A DNA stretch of 64,000 bases from the human T2T-CHM13v2.0 reference genome, Homo sapiens. Made by a program: the position numbers and the translations under genes. The notes under the pieces are model-generated. The model was given only the letters and a program-made list of their open reading frames with translations. It was not told the origin of the DNA and did no database searches. Below, one piece after another: positions 41,128 through 55,300 of this stretch; within the stretch, counting starts at the first letter, position 1; each line of letters begins with the position of its first letter. The DNA lies in NCBI RefSeq assembly GCF_009914755.1, contig NC_060936.1; one strand, 5' to 3'.

Positions 41128-41416
41128 ACTTTTTTTTCACCTCACTCTGTCACCCAGGCTGGAGTCCAGTGTCATGATCATAGCTCACTGCAGTCTCAAA
41201 CTCCTGAGCTCAAGCAATCTTTACTGCCTTAGCCTCCTGAGTAGCTGGGACTACAGGCATGCATCATCATGCCCAGCTAATTAACATTTTTTTTTTTATA
41301 GAGATGGGGTCTCCCTATGTTGCTCAGGCAGGTCTCAAACTCCTGGCCTCAAGCAATTCTCCTGCCTCAGCCTCCTAAACTGCTGTAATTATAGGTGTGA
41401 GCAACTGCACTGACCC
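41128..41416 (-). mobile_element. AluJ-like element
   Basis: Dimeric Alu with atcatagctcactgcag. Confidence 0.9.
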
Positions 41417-41957
41417 TTATTAATCTTTAGCCAGAATTGCTTCCTAAGGAGTAAGAAGAAACCAGCTATGAAAAATAAGAAACAGACAACTCATTCTCTT
41501 ATCTCCTTTAGTCTATTGTCTGAGGCTGTGACTGGACTCCCCTTCCGTCTTTGCAGTTTTAAGGTGACAGCTGACCAGTTTCACAATGTGTCCCTTCCTA
41601 AAAACTGACCACCAGCTCCAGACTGGTTTTGGCTGATTTGAAGAGGATGTACAGTGGGGTTTTTTCGGGTTCTCTGCTTCACCTTTTGATATCAGAGGCC
41701 TGAAAACTCCACTCTTGGACCATGCTATTGCTAACATTTTTTGAATGTGCAACCCATGAAGAGGCATGAAGCTCAATTGCACATGTGCATGTTTCTCCTT
41801 TCATCAATATTTGTGACTCCTATAGCTTATTGAATATGTATACTTAGCCAATTCATTTAGCACAAATTCCTTCTTATCCTTCCCTCCCTTGGAGCATTTG
41901 CTCTGGGCTTCTGCTGAAGTCTACACTTCCCAGACTGCAGGATGGCTAGGCTGCCCC

Positions 41958-42422
41958 CTTTTTTTTTTTTAAATTTTACTTTAAGTTCTGGGATACATGT
42001 GCAGAACATGCAGGTTTGTTACATAGGTATACATGTGCCATGGTGGTTTGCTGCATCTATCAACCCATCATTTAGATTTTAAGCCCCACATGCATTAGGT
42101 ATTTGTCCTAATGCTCTCCCTCCACTTGCCCCCACCACCACCCCAACAGGTGCTGGTGTGTGTTGTTCCGCTCCCTGTGTCCCTGTGTTCTCATTGTTCA
42201 ACTCCCACTTATTAGTGAGAACATGCGGTGTTTGGTTTTCTGTTCCTGTGTTAGTGTGCTGAGAATGATGGCTTCCTGCTACATCCATGTCCCTGCAAAG
42301 GATATGAACTCATTCTTTTTTATGACTGCATAGTATTCCATGGTGTATATGTGCCACATTTTCTTTATCCAGCCTATCATTGATGGGCATTTGGGTTGGC
42401 TCCAAGTCTTTGCTATTGTAAA
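41958..42422 (-). mobile_element. 5'-truncated primate L1 (L1PA) 3' end
   Basis: poly(T) + ttactttaagttctgggatacatgtgcag; cattgttcaactcccactt L1 3'UTR. Confidence 0.93.
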
Positions 42423-43807
42423 CTGCAGGCCGCACTTTTTATGAGAGATAAAGCTCTCCTCTCTAAATTCATGAACCTCATGATTCTTCCATTCACAGAA
42501 CCTATAGGAGATAGATAGATAGGTATGAGAGGTTATTTACGAGGGGAATTGGCTCATGTGATTATGGAAGCCTAGAAGTCTCATAACAGGCTATCTGCAA
42601 GCTGGAGACCTTGGGGTGCCAGTAGCATGGTTCAAACCAAGTCCCAAAGCTTCAGAACCAGGGAAGCCAGTGATGTCACTCTCAGTCTGAGGCTGAAGGC
42701 CTGAGAACCTGGGTGACTGCTAGTGTAAGTCATGGAGTCCCAGTGCTGAAGAGTCTGGCGCTGTGCTGTCTTCAGGCAGGAGGAAGAGAGCGTCCCAGCT
42801 CCAGGAGAGACAGAGAGGAAATCCTTTCTCTCATTCTTTGTCCTATCCTGGCCTCCAGCTGACTGGATGGTGTCTGCCCACACTGAGCAGGTCTTCCCTC
42901 CTCAGTCCACTGACTCACCTGCTAATCTCTGGAAACACCCTCACAGACACACCAAGAAGGAATGCTTGACCAGTTCTCCAGGCATTCCTTAATCTAGCCA
43001 AGTTGACATCTAAAAGTAACCATCACAGTGTATAATGTATTTAGATGTTTGTTTATTTTCTGCCTCTTCCACTAAATTGTAAGATCCAGGATAACAATGA
43101 CTTGGTACCCCCAGCACTTAGAACTAAACTTTGCTTGGAACAGAGGCCACCAATAAAACATGGCTAGAGAGAAGAATGAAGGAAGGAATGATTACCAGCA
43201 GCAATAGAGACTAATGCTTCTTCTAGGGCTGGGGAGAAGAAGGCTCCCCACAATCACTTTTTTTTTAGCATCTTGTGCCCACCCACATGGCCAAAGGATT
43301 AACATGTACTGATGAACTTAATGCCTCAATTCGTTGCCAGGCACTGAATCATTCACTGTGAATGGTTCCAATTAAGGTTTACCCTTAGACTAGGAGTGGG
43401 GTCTATTCAACCTAAACACCTGGGCTGTTACACAGCAGGAATAGCGGACAGGTCAGAATGGATGTTGAGAGGCAACTCCATTTCCCGCTACAAGAGTTCA
43501 GAGGCGGTCTATCAGAAATAATGAGCTTCAAACTGGGCATTGCGTTCCAACTTGCACATGATAAGTGGTCACCATACAAAGTCAGTGACAGAATACATAC
43601 CTCCCCAAGCCTCGCTCCTCCCTCCTTCTTCCAGCTAAATCCTTTGGTCTAAAACATACAGTTTGTTATTCTGCAAAATAAATAAAAAGGATACACTGTC
43701 ACACAGTTGCTTTGAATGGGATGAAAAAAATGAATGAACAAACCAATGGTTAAAATTCTGTACAAATGGACTGCACACCAAATGGGAACGGGCATGATGC
43801 AGAACAC

Positions 43808-44164
<357 letters not shown>

Positions 44165-44586
44165 AGATTATCCCCTGGGGTACTGATGATAAAATTGTGG
44201 CAAAAAACAATATGTTGTCCGGGAGCCTATGTTGTTTTCTAACAGTAGCAGTTGTGCACACCTCGGCCATGGTGACAGATAAAACTTGTGCATCTTCCAA
44301 CTGATAACTGTTACTACTGGTCCTGGAGACTCATTACTTTAGGGAACTATAAGCAGTTTATGCATTTTCAAAACCACTGGGGTGGTCAAACAGACTAGAA
44401 AGATCATATTCCTAGGATCTATTTATGGGAGCAAGCATAGAGTGATCAGGCCAGGCAATAAGACCAGGCACCAGAGCAAGATTCAATAAACTGACTGGAC
44501 TATGATTCAACTGAATCATTGTTTCTGGAGTCTCTGTGCCTTTGTGCATGCTGTTCCCTCTGCCTAGAAGAGTCCTACTTTCACTA

Positions 44587-44989
44587 TGTATTAGTCAGGG
44601 TTCTCCAGGAAAACAGACCAATGGGATATGTATATATCCAGAAATAGATTTATTTTAAGGAATAGGTTCATGCAATTATGTCAAGTCCAAAATCTGCAGG
44701 ATGGGCCAGCAGGCTGGACACCCAGGGCAGAGCCAATGTTGCAGTTCATTTCTGAAGGCCATCTGCTGGCAGGATTCCTTCCGGCTCAGGGAGATCAGTC
44801 TTTTGCTCTATTCAGATAATTGAGTGAGGCCCACCCACATTAAGGAGGGCAATTTGCTTTACTCAAAGTCCATCTATTTAAATGTCAATCTCATCTGAAA
44901 ACACCCTTACAGAAACATCCAGAAGATTGTTTGACCGAATATCTGGGCACTGTGGCCCAGCCACACTGACACATAAAATTAACCATCAC
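44587..44989 (-). mobile_element. MLT2 solo LTR (MLT2D-like)
   Basis: tgtattagtcagggttctcc...aaaattaaccatcac termini. Confidence 0.88.
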
Positions 44990-45672
44990 CTATTGTTTGC
45001 TGGGAATTTCTCCTCATTCTTTAAGGTTCAGTTGAAACATCTTGGCAACATCAAGCTGCTTCTTCATTCCACCGCTCGGCCTCAGGACATTCTTATATTT
45101 GAATCCCTGTCCCACAGTACTGTAATGATTTACTCACATGCCTGTGGTCTCTCCTAGACAGTGAGCTTCCAATGGCATGGACCATGGGTCTACTGGAGAC
45201 AATATTGCAAGATGATATTCTAGACTCTACCCAATGCCTAGCATACAGAGTTGCTCAATGCAATTCATAGAAGAAGGTGATAAATTAATGGAGGGGAATC
45301 AGGAGCTAGAAATAATAGCAGCATTGAGTTATTTGATCTCCAAATAATGAGCTTCTTCTCTCCACCCCCCGACAAATATTTGTTGCTTCGGAGATGCAAC
45401 AGAGCTAGCGGATCTACCTGGTCACTCTGTCCCAAGAACACATGTACACACATACCCATATTCATTATGACAGACCATGAGATGATTTGCCAAGTCAGCC
45501 TCTTGCTAAATACCTGAACTTGGGCATGATGCTTACATTCCAAAAGCTTGTTTTCTTTTAAAATCAATCATATGAGAACAACAATAATAATACCTATAGC
45601 ACAGTGTTGTTAGAAAAATTAAGTGCCTATCATATAGTGGGTCCTTAGTAAAAGTTGATCCTCTTCCCTTAA

Positions 45673-45974
<302 letters not shown>

Positions 45975-46210
45975 CCCTTGACCATGTTTGAGTTAACATC
46001 TAGTATATCGTGCATTAACTATTGAAAGTAACAAAGAACGTGTCAGTGAGTTCCAAAGATACTCTTAATGTCTCTTGATGACCTGGCCTTCTTATTTGTC
46101 TTCTTTCACTTTTTGACCAAAAGGAAGAACATAGATTGTGTAGGCAGTGGTCCCACACGAAAGAAGGAGAAGATAACTGGTGTGTGCACTATTTTATACT
46201 TTATTGAAAT

Positions 46211-46363
46211 CAGTGATTCTTAATCTTGTCAGGAACACAGGCACTTTTGAGGATCTGAAGATAGCTAAGGACTCTTTCCCCAGAAAAATGCATATAAATG
46301 TGACACTTTGCATATAATCCTAAGATGTTCATGGACCCCACACACTCAAGGTTAAGAATCCTG
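46211..46363. mobile_element. hAT-Charlie-type miniature DNA element
   Basis: Inverted termini cagtgattcttaa...ttaagaatcctg; ccccagaaaaatgca core. Confidence 0.65.
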
Positions 46364-46611
46364 AATCAAAATCTCCTCATTTGCTGCCTGTCCCTTGCTT
46401 CACATGTTCTGTCTCTCTCTATATATAGATACACACACATGCTCTCTGTTTCTCTCTCTGTATGCGCACAATGTTTCTCTATCTCTCTCTATTTCTGTTT
46501 CTCTTCCACATCTATATATTCATTCATCTGCTTAACTCACATGTTTAGGATTAGGATAAAGCTTATGGATGGCTAGGTGGATGGATAGAAAAGTCGAGGA
46601 CCAGAAGGAGC

Positions 46612-47114
46612 TGTGGAAAGAAACACTTTAGACAAATTTAACAGAGTTTAATTGGGCAAAGAAAGATTCGTGAATTGGGCAGCTCTCAGAACCAGAATAG
46701 GTTCAGAGCGACTCCCGGTATTCACAGAAAAAGGAAAGTGCCATACAACGGAAGTGAGGACAGAAACAGCTGGATTGGCTACAGCTGGGCATTTGCCTTA
46801 TTTGAACCTGCTTTGAACAGTTGGCTGCCTGTGGTTGGCTGAGACTTAGTTACCTCTTACAAGAGTAGGTTACAGTGTGTTTACGTATGCACATCAAGTT
46901 AGGTTACAGTTCATTATGTACAAAGAATGGCTCCTTTTGTAATTATTATTGTTGCTTTCACATGATTGATTTTAAAAGAAAACAAGCTTTCAGAATGTAA
47001 GAATCATGCCCAAGTTCAGGCAATTAGCAAGGGGCTGCCACACAAGTCAAAGGCAAATTTAGGCCAAACTTAAAATATGTACAGAGACAGCTTTAGGCCA
47101 AACTTAATTTAACA
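46612..47114 (-). mobile_element. MER57-family (ERV1) solo LTR carrying a ~130-bp foreign insert
   Basis: Minus-strand start tgttaaattaagtttggcctaaagctg; perfect 4-bp TSD GAGC (46608-46611 / 47115-47118). Confidence 0.85.
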
Positions 47115-47184
47115 GAGCTGTGGAGTTAGAATGGTTCGTTTATTTTCACAGATATGTCACCTTGGAGATGTTAATCTATTATAA

Positions 47185-47415
47185 GTCAGAGTATAGTAAT
47201 GGGTAAACTCACCTCCTGGGGCCATTTAGACAGCTTCACATATTCTGTGCAAGCTTGGACCGGACTATTAATTCTGTCTGTATCTCAGTTTCCCTAACTT
47301 TAAAATGGGGATAACAGTAGTTCCACCATCTTGAGCTGTAAGGATTAAATAAACTAAGACATATACAGATTTTAAAATCATGTATTTTAGTAAGCGTTCA
47401 GTAACTGTTAGCTTG
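47185..47415 (+). mobile_element. MIR SINE
   Basis: tctcagtttccctaactttaaaatggggataa core. Confidence 0.75.
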
Positions 47416-48185
47416 CATTTTATTTTGATGACTTAAAATCACTTGTACTATAATTAGTTAGATACAAAGGACAGCATTCTACAAATAATAAATTCAACAC
47501 CACTAAGAGAAAAACTGCCACTAGAAATGTCTTTTCAGAAAAAAAGCACTTCCCTTAGGTGATTTACTCTTCAATAGGGATTTTAAGTTAACAGGGTAGC
47601 TGGGATACCAGTCTTGATTTTTTTTTTTTCCTGGGAGCCAGTGAAAAAGGAATCCATTGTCTATAACATGTCTTTTCTATAATAACAAGACCTTCTCACT
47701 GGGAGAGGAACCCAAGTCTACTTCTAGACATCACTAGCAGGGTTTTTGTCTTTTTGTGTCTTTTACTTAGGAAGGGCCTCTAATTATTTTTATACCAAGG
47801 CAAAAGGTTTACTATTATATAAAATTATAAAGCTGACACTTTCTCACGAAAGGTTACTTAAAAGAAAAAAAAGATGAAAAAAGAAGTGTAAACGTGCAGT
47901 CATCACTGCTAACACTTCACATTTCTAAGGCAAAAAACTGTCTAAGATTGAATTTATTTTCCCTAATTTATAGGTCTTGTTTATCTTCGGCCCTTCACTC
48001 TTCTCTTACAATGTTCGCCTTGTTGTTTTTTTTTTTTTGAATATAAAATATAAACCACTGCAGAACTGCGGCAGAATTACCCAGCAAGTGCAGTGTTACC
48101 AGTGGGGGAGGAGCCATCTATCCTAGGCCAGCTCCTGGCACCCCCTTGCCTCGCCGGGAGGAGGAAGGTGCAGCTGAGCCTGCGT

Positions 48186-48199
48186 CCAGCAGATGGCGC
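48186..48199 (+). promoter_or_regulatory. CTCF core motif in a GC-rich patch with an AP-1 site (TGAGTCA 48252-48258)
   Basis: CCAGCAGATGGCGC, 14/14 to CCASYAGRKGGCRS. Confidence 0.7.
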
Positions 48200-51100
48200 T
48201 GCCTGCAAAACCTGGAAGGGTAGGGGAAGTCAGGGCAGGGAAGCAGGGAGCTGAGTCACGGGACAAAGGGAGAGGAGGCGGCAGGGAGGAGAAGGGGAGG
48301 GAGGACCCGAGCGGTGGCAGTGGTCGGAGTTCTGATGGTTGCAAAAGTGTGAATTGTTAATTTTGAAGTGAACATAATTTCATTCTAATTGTAATTAAGG
48401 TGGGAGGAGACACCCGCTTTCTGTCTTAAGTGCATTCAGACTTGTTTGGGAACGTCAAAAAACTCGAGGAGCCAGAGCTCCCAGTAGCTATTTGCATAAG
48501 AATGGAGGATCCTCCAGGGAGGAATTCATCCCATGGGAAGATGGAGCTGCTACCGAGCTAGACCAGGAGCAGCTGGGGCCTGGATCACTGAGTGCTCATT
48601 GTGCGAATAGCCAGGAAGTGGCTCATGACCCCCTGGAACACAGCTCTGCATCTTGCAGGGGAGAGAGGGGAATCTGTATAAAAACTGTAAGCGATGTTTT
48701 ACTAAAAATCCCAAAAAAGCACCTAGGTAGAAGCCTCTCAGCCTTGGGGCTCTTCCAGCGGAGTGTAGCACCAGAGGCCCTCCTAGAGCTGGCCCAGGCT
48801 GCCTGGGACTGTGGGGACGTTGCTAACGGTGGTGGTCATCATTGCACACCCAGAACTGATTTCCTGCCTGGCCCTGTGCCAAGTACTTTACCTTCATCAA
48901 CTCATTTAGGTTTCAAAATAAATCTAGGAAGTAGATTCTATTTTCAGTCTCAAAATTTTACTGAAGAGGAAACTGAGGCTGACTTAACTTGTGGACAGAG
49001 CTAAGCAGTTGTTGGAAGCCAAGTGGGCCTGGTCCCAGGACACATGGCTGCCGCCCTCCTTGCCTTCCGTGCCTATTTAGGCTCTGGGAGCAACCAGGCG
49101 TGCCCATATTATTCACCCAGAGGACTGGGTGAGGTTGTGGTGGAGGGTGCTGAGCAATTCTACCTGGCTTTGCCATGAGGTCTTTGAGGTGCTCCTGGAC
49201 TTGAGATAAACCTTGGAGATCTGGGTTTTGGAAACGCATCAGGTATCAGGCAGGGACCCAGAAGGAAGAAAGCAGTTAAGAGCTGTGGAGGGTAAGGTGT
49301 GCTCAGAGGCAAGAGAGGCCAGTCTGAGCTGGTGGAGGGGGCGCAGCATGAACCTGGGCAGGAGGAGTGGGAACTGGCAGGCTGGAATAACCTGGCACCC
49401 ATGTTGGCACACTTGGGCACAAAGAGAACACAGTGGAGGGAGGAGAAGGTGACCTTCACTGCCCCGGGGCCCCTGAGGCCTTTGAGTTCTTCCGTCGTGG
49501 GCTCACTTGCCAAGCTTTGAGCTCTTGGTGCTGACCAAGAAGGCACAAATTGTTTATGGGCCTTGGTCAACGCCACGTAAAGATGGTATCAGAAATGAAA
49601 AAAAAATTTTTTAAAGAAGGTTGCAAAGAAACTAACATTATTGTCAATTCTCAATTATCTGTGAGGGATAAGGTTAATTGAAACACACAGATTTCAATAG
49701 CTAATAGCTTTTCTTTCTTTTGCAACCCATCTTTTACTACAGCTTCCAGAAAAAATAGCCAAAATGACTAATCAGATTTTCACACTGACTCCTTCATATC
49801 CCCCATCTGAAGTGCTGATAAGCAGTGAAATAGCCTCAGTGTGGACGCAGGAGGGAGAGGAAGGAAAAGCAGAGGTCTGGGGAACTCCCTGCCTGGAAGT
49901 GAATTTCCTAAGAAACCCAGAGCTGAGGACCAGGATATGAGGGGGAGATCTGGGCACAACAGTTGCAGCTGTCACTGAACCTCAAAGCCTCAAGGGCACC
50001 CCATAAAGCCGAATATCTTCGGAGGTGTGAAAAACAGCCTATTGAGGGGGCTTAAGGGGGAACATAGGTATACAACTGGGGTGGGCTGAACTGAGCACCA
50101 GTGAAAGAGGGAAATAAATTCAGTGACAAACTCCATGCCTCATATCATTCCTCTTCCCCTTTGTTCCTCAGGACAGTGGCTCTTGTCTGGCAAATATTTA
50201 TCTAATATCTGAATTATTGGTGATGTCATGCATGCCCTTGTGTCTTAGAACATACTGTGATTTAGAACTGAAATCCTTTATCGTCCCCATTTCTGCTAAG
50301 CTGGATCTATTCTTGATGTAAAGATTTGGGATCTTGGGAAGAACATTTATATCTGAGAGGAAGGGCCTGGTGTGTAATCTCAGAAACACCCCTCCCTTTT
50401 CTTATAAGCAGGGGAAATGGGTTTTGGCTAAATAAAGGGGTTGTAAGTGAGGGTGACTGGGCAAGGGGCTGGGGACAGGGAGGGCAAGTGTTTCCCACCT
50501 TTCTTGATGGTAGGGGCTTGCCAGAGATGGAGGCAGTTGCTCCAGGGCAGGAAGAGGCAGTCTGCAGCTGGGGGAGATTAAGAAAGAGAGTGAAGCCAAG
50601 ACTGCCTGGCCAGGAGAATGAGAGGCAGGGGGAGGGATGGGCTCTGTGTGGCTATAGCCTATGTTTAAACCCCTGTCTGCTGTTCAGACAGCAGCTGCCC
50701 AGAGAGAAGGCGCCACAGCCTCCCTCCTTCCTCTTGTAGCACATCGCCTGTTCTTCCTTGGCCTATGACTTTCTCACCTCTGAAAGCTGTTGCTCTGGCC
50801 TTACAGCCCAAGAGCCCAGGAGCAGTGCCCTGACCACTGCTGCGTGGTACCTCACCAGACATGCCCTTGGAGCCAAACCAAATGGGGAGTCCCAGAGCCT
50901 GCTGGGGCCGGTTGCCTGGGGCTGCATATCACCGTATATCAAAGCCGAGGAAAGAGGGTGACACCCTCAGGGGAGAGAATTCTTGAGGGCAAGCACCCAC
51001 AAATGCTATTTCCATACTCTTGGTAAAACCCCCTCTTACTATTATGGGATGTGGGCAACTATGATGAAGATGAGGAGGGGGAGTTGGGCAGGAAATTTGA

Positions 51101-51923
51101 GCACTGTTATAATATAGAGAGGGGATTTCTATGAATTGTGAGAAAGTTTACTCTCCTGTGAGTGTGTGAGCCATTGTGCTGCTTATCTTTCTTGTGAAGT
51201 CAATAAAACTCCCTGGGATTCTATAAGCAGATGTTATCTCTGGCCATGACTTTGCTGGTCCTGAGGAGGCAAGACTTTTGAATCGCAGGGTGGGAAGTCT
51301 CAGTAGTGGTGCTGTGTTCCTGGAAAAGCAGGACTCGCAGATGGGAACGGCTTATATCCCAAGTTGTCAGGGCCTTTGGGGTTTGTCTTCCACTCCAGGA
51401 AGGGCTAGGTATGTTATTATTTGGCCGCTAATGATGCGGTCTTGGGAAAGCCACATCACCATCCCGACTTGAGCTTCTTCATCTGAAAAATGAGAGGGTT
51501 GCATACATAGTGTCAAAGGTGATCATTCACCTCTAATAGGCTTTTATTGTAAGTCTTTGGACAAACAGCTTACCTCTCTGACTCTATGTCCTTATCTACA
51601 AACGGGGATAATAATATCCACCCTTACCTTCTAATCTATGTGAAAGCACTTAGCGCTCTGGGAAGGAAAAAGCATTATTTAAATCCAGGGTAGAATTATT
51701 ATTATATTCTATTTGTTCTCTCCTAGTCATTCATCATTGCTCTGCTCTACAATTATGCCCTGGGGTGAGTTATGTGAATAAACAGTCACACCTGGCAAGT
51801 TTCTTGGGAGGCTGAGCATTCTGATCGTGCTGGGGGGAAAGACACCAAAATTCTTTTATTTAGTTATTTTAGTGTGCAACTTGCTATCTATTTAGTATAT
51901 AAGCCAGAACTGGAATACATTAC

Positions 51924-52315
51924 TTTCATGCGCGTCCGTGTGAAGAGACCACCAAACAAGCTTTGTGTGAGCAATAAAGCTTTTAATCACCTGGGTGCAG
52001 GCGGGCTGAGTCCAAAAAGAGAGTCAGCGAAGGGAGATGGGGTTTTATAGGATTTGGGTAGGTAAAGGAAGGAGGGGGGTTGTTCTTTGGTGGGCAGGAG
52101 TGGGGGTCACAAGGTGCTCAGTAGGGGAACTTTTGAGGCAGGATGAGCCAGGAGAAGGAATTTCACAAGACAATGTCATCAGTTAAGGTAAGAACAGGCC
52201 ATTTTTACTTCTTTTGTGGTGGAATGTCATCAGTTAAGGCAGGAACTGGCCATCTGGATGTGTACGTGCAGGTCACGGGGATATGATGGCTTAGCTTGGG
52301 CTCAGAGGCCTGACA
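51924..52315 (-). repeat. HERV-H 3' LTR
   Basis: Direct repeat of 57409-57810; preceded on minus by polypurine tract agaagacaggaa. Confidence 0.95.
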
Positions 52316-55300
52316 TTCCTGTCTTCTTATATTAATAAGAAAAATAAAATGAAATAGTGGTAAAGTGTTGGGACAGTGAAAAGTTTTTGGGGGTGGTATG
52401 GAGAGATAATGGGCGATGTTTCTCAGGGCTGCTTCGAGTGGGATTAGGGGCGGTGTGGGAACTTAGAGTGGGAGACATTAAGCTGAAGGAAGATTTTGTG
52501 GTAAGGGGTGATATTGTGGGGTTGTTAGAAGAAACATTTGTCATTTAGAATTATTGGTGATGGCCTGGATACGGTTTTGTATGAATTGAAAAACGGAGTA
52601 AGATAAGGAGAAAAACAGGTATTAAAGGTCTAAGAATTTGGAGGACCTAGGACATTTAATTAGAGAGTGCCTAAGGAGGTTCAGCATAGCCTTGCCAGCA
52701 AAGATTATTTATTTACTTTAAAAGTTAAGAGTGGCAGTTTGGGGATAGCACCAGGAGATATCAGCTGTGATGGCTTAGAGAAACAGTGCAAACCGGCAGT
52801 GTAAACAAGAGCAGGGCATGTATGAGTAGTTGAGAACGGTGAATAGGAGTATGACTAGACAGAAGATAGTAGGGATGACAAGTTTTTTGGGGCACAGTCC
52901 AAGTTGGTCTGCTGTCTGGAATGAGAGCAGGGCCTAATAAAAAGGAGCGTCTATACAGGAGCTCAAATGGGCTGTACCTTGTAGCATTCTGAGGACAGGT
53001 CTGAATTCTGAGAAGGGAAAGTGGTAAAAGTATTGTCCAGTCCTTTTTAAGTTGGTGGCTGAGCTTGGTGAGGTGTGTTTTTAAAAGACCATTAGTCTGT
53101 TCTACCTTTCCTGAAGACTGAGGACTGTAAGCGATATAAAGGTTTCACTGAATACTAAGAGCCTGAAAAAATGCTTGGCTGATTTGACTAATAAAGGCTG
53201 GTCTGCTATCGGACTGTATAGAGGTGGGAAGGCCAAACCGAGGAATTATGTCTGACAGAAGGGAAGAAATGGCCATGTTGGCCTTCTTAGACCCTGTGGG
53301 AAAGGCCTCTACCTATCCAGTGAAAGTGTCTACCTAGACCAAGAGGTATTTTAGTTTCCTGACTTGGGGCATGTTAAGTAAAGCTAATTTGCCAGTCCTG
53401 GGTGGGGGCAAATCCCTGAGCTTAATGTGTAGGGAAGGGAGGGGTCCTGAATAATCCCTGAGAAGTAGTAGAATAGCAGATGAAACACTGAGAAGTTATT
53501 TCTTTTAGGATAGATTTCCACGATGGAAAGGAAATGAGAGGTTCTAAGAGGCGGGCTAGTGGCTTGTACTATAGCATAGCCTGCCTTTGCTGGTGTGTGG
53601 CGATTAGGCCTGGTGGAACTGCCATCGATAAACTAAGCGTGATAAGGGTGAGGAACAGGGAAGAAGGAAATGTGGGGAAATGGGGTGAACGTCATTTGGA
53701 TCAGAGAGATGCAGTCATGAGGGTCAGGTGTGGTATCAGGAATAATGTGGGAGGCTGGATTGAAGTCCAGGCCAGGAACAATGGTAATTATGGGACTTAA
53801 CAAAGAGTGAGTACAGCTGAAGGAGCGAGCCGGAGAGCAGAAAGTATATGTGTCAGGTGTGAGGAAGAAAATAGATTTTGGAAATTATGAGAGCCGTAGA
53901 GAGTGAGTTGAGGATAGTTTGTGATTTTAAGGGCCTCTAAAAGTATTAGGGCGGTAGCAGCCACTGCACGGAGACATGATGGCCAGCCTAAAACAGTAAG
54001 TTCAAGTTGTTTGGACAAAAAGGCTACAGGATGCGATCCTGGTCCTTGTGTAAGAATTCCAACTGCACAGCCCTGCACTTCGGCTGTGTGTAATGAAGAG
54101 GGTTGGGATGAGTCAGGGAGAGCTAGGATGGGGGCAGTCTCTAAAGCTGTCTTCAAGGAACGGAAAGAGGAGTGAGGAAAGGATTTAGGATCTATGGGGT
54201 CAGCTAGGTTTCCTTTTGTGAGTTTACATAATGGTTTTTTTAGGATGGCAAAACCAGGTATCCAAAGGCGAAAGTATCCAACCATGCCCAGGAAGGAAAG
54301 GAGTTGTTGTTTTGTAGAAGGGGTTGGGGTTTGAGAGATTAGTGGGACACGATCAGCAGGGAGGGCATGTGTGTTTTTATGCAGAATTATGCCGAGGTAG
54401 GTAATGGATGGAGAAGAAATTTGAGCTTTGGAGGGAGATACCCGATATCCTTTGGAGAATAGATGCTGAAGGAGCAGAAGTGTGTCTCGTTGAGAAGATT
54501 CAAAGGAGGGGCTACAAAGAAGAAGGTCATCAATATATTGAATAAGGTGAGAAGCGGAGGGGTGGAAAGAAAGTAAATCATGAGAAAGAGCTTGGCTGAA
54601 GTAATGAGGGCCGTCCCTGAAGCCTTATGGCCGCACAGCCCAGGTAAGCTGCTGGCACTGATGGGTGTCAGGGTCAGTCCAGGTGAAAGCAAAGAGAGGC
54701 TGGGACTAGGGGTACAGGGGAATAGTGAAAAAAGCATCTTTAAGATCAAGAACAGAATAGTGAGTTGTGGAGGAAGCTATTGAGGACAAAAGAGTGTTCG
54801 GGTTGGGCACTGCAGGGTGGATAGGCAAAACAATTTGGTTGATAAGGCATAGATCCTGAACTAACTTGTAAGGCTTATCTGGTTTTAGGACAGGTAAAAT
54901 GGGGGATTTGTAAGGAGAGTTGAGTTTATAGGCTTTAAAAGGCCATGGTGTAGCAGGCAAGTGATAACAGGCTTTAATCCTTTCAAAGCATGGTGTGGGA
55001 TGGGATATTGGCATTGAGTGGGGTAAGGGTGATTAGGTTTTAATGAGATGGTAAGGGGTGCATGATCGGTCACCAGGGAGGGAGTAGAGGTATCTTATAC
55101 TTGTGGGTTAAGGTGGGGGGATACAAGAGGAGGACGCAAAGGAGGCTTTGGATTGGGAAGAAGGGCGGCAATGAGATGTAGCTGTAGTCCAGGAATAGTC
55201 AGGGAAGCAGATAATTTAGCTAAAGTGTCTCGGCCTAATAAGGGAACTGGGCAGGTGGGGATAACTAAAAAAGAGTGCTTAAAGGAGTATTGTCTAAGTT

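Larger units (their letters stand above)
40983..42497 (+). mobile_element. MER4-group LTR (MER4D-like) inserted in the ERV-L 5' LTR
   Basis: atcctaagcctcccaactgacc...ttggccaag start; gataaagctctcc near the end; MLT2 sequence resumes at ~42498. Confidence 0.75.

Noticed and set aside
48492-49004. 170-aa ORF next to the CTCF element
   Set aside because: Non-ATG start, no recognisable homology, and its 3' end runs into MIR-like sequence
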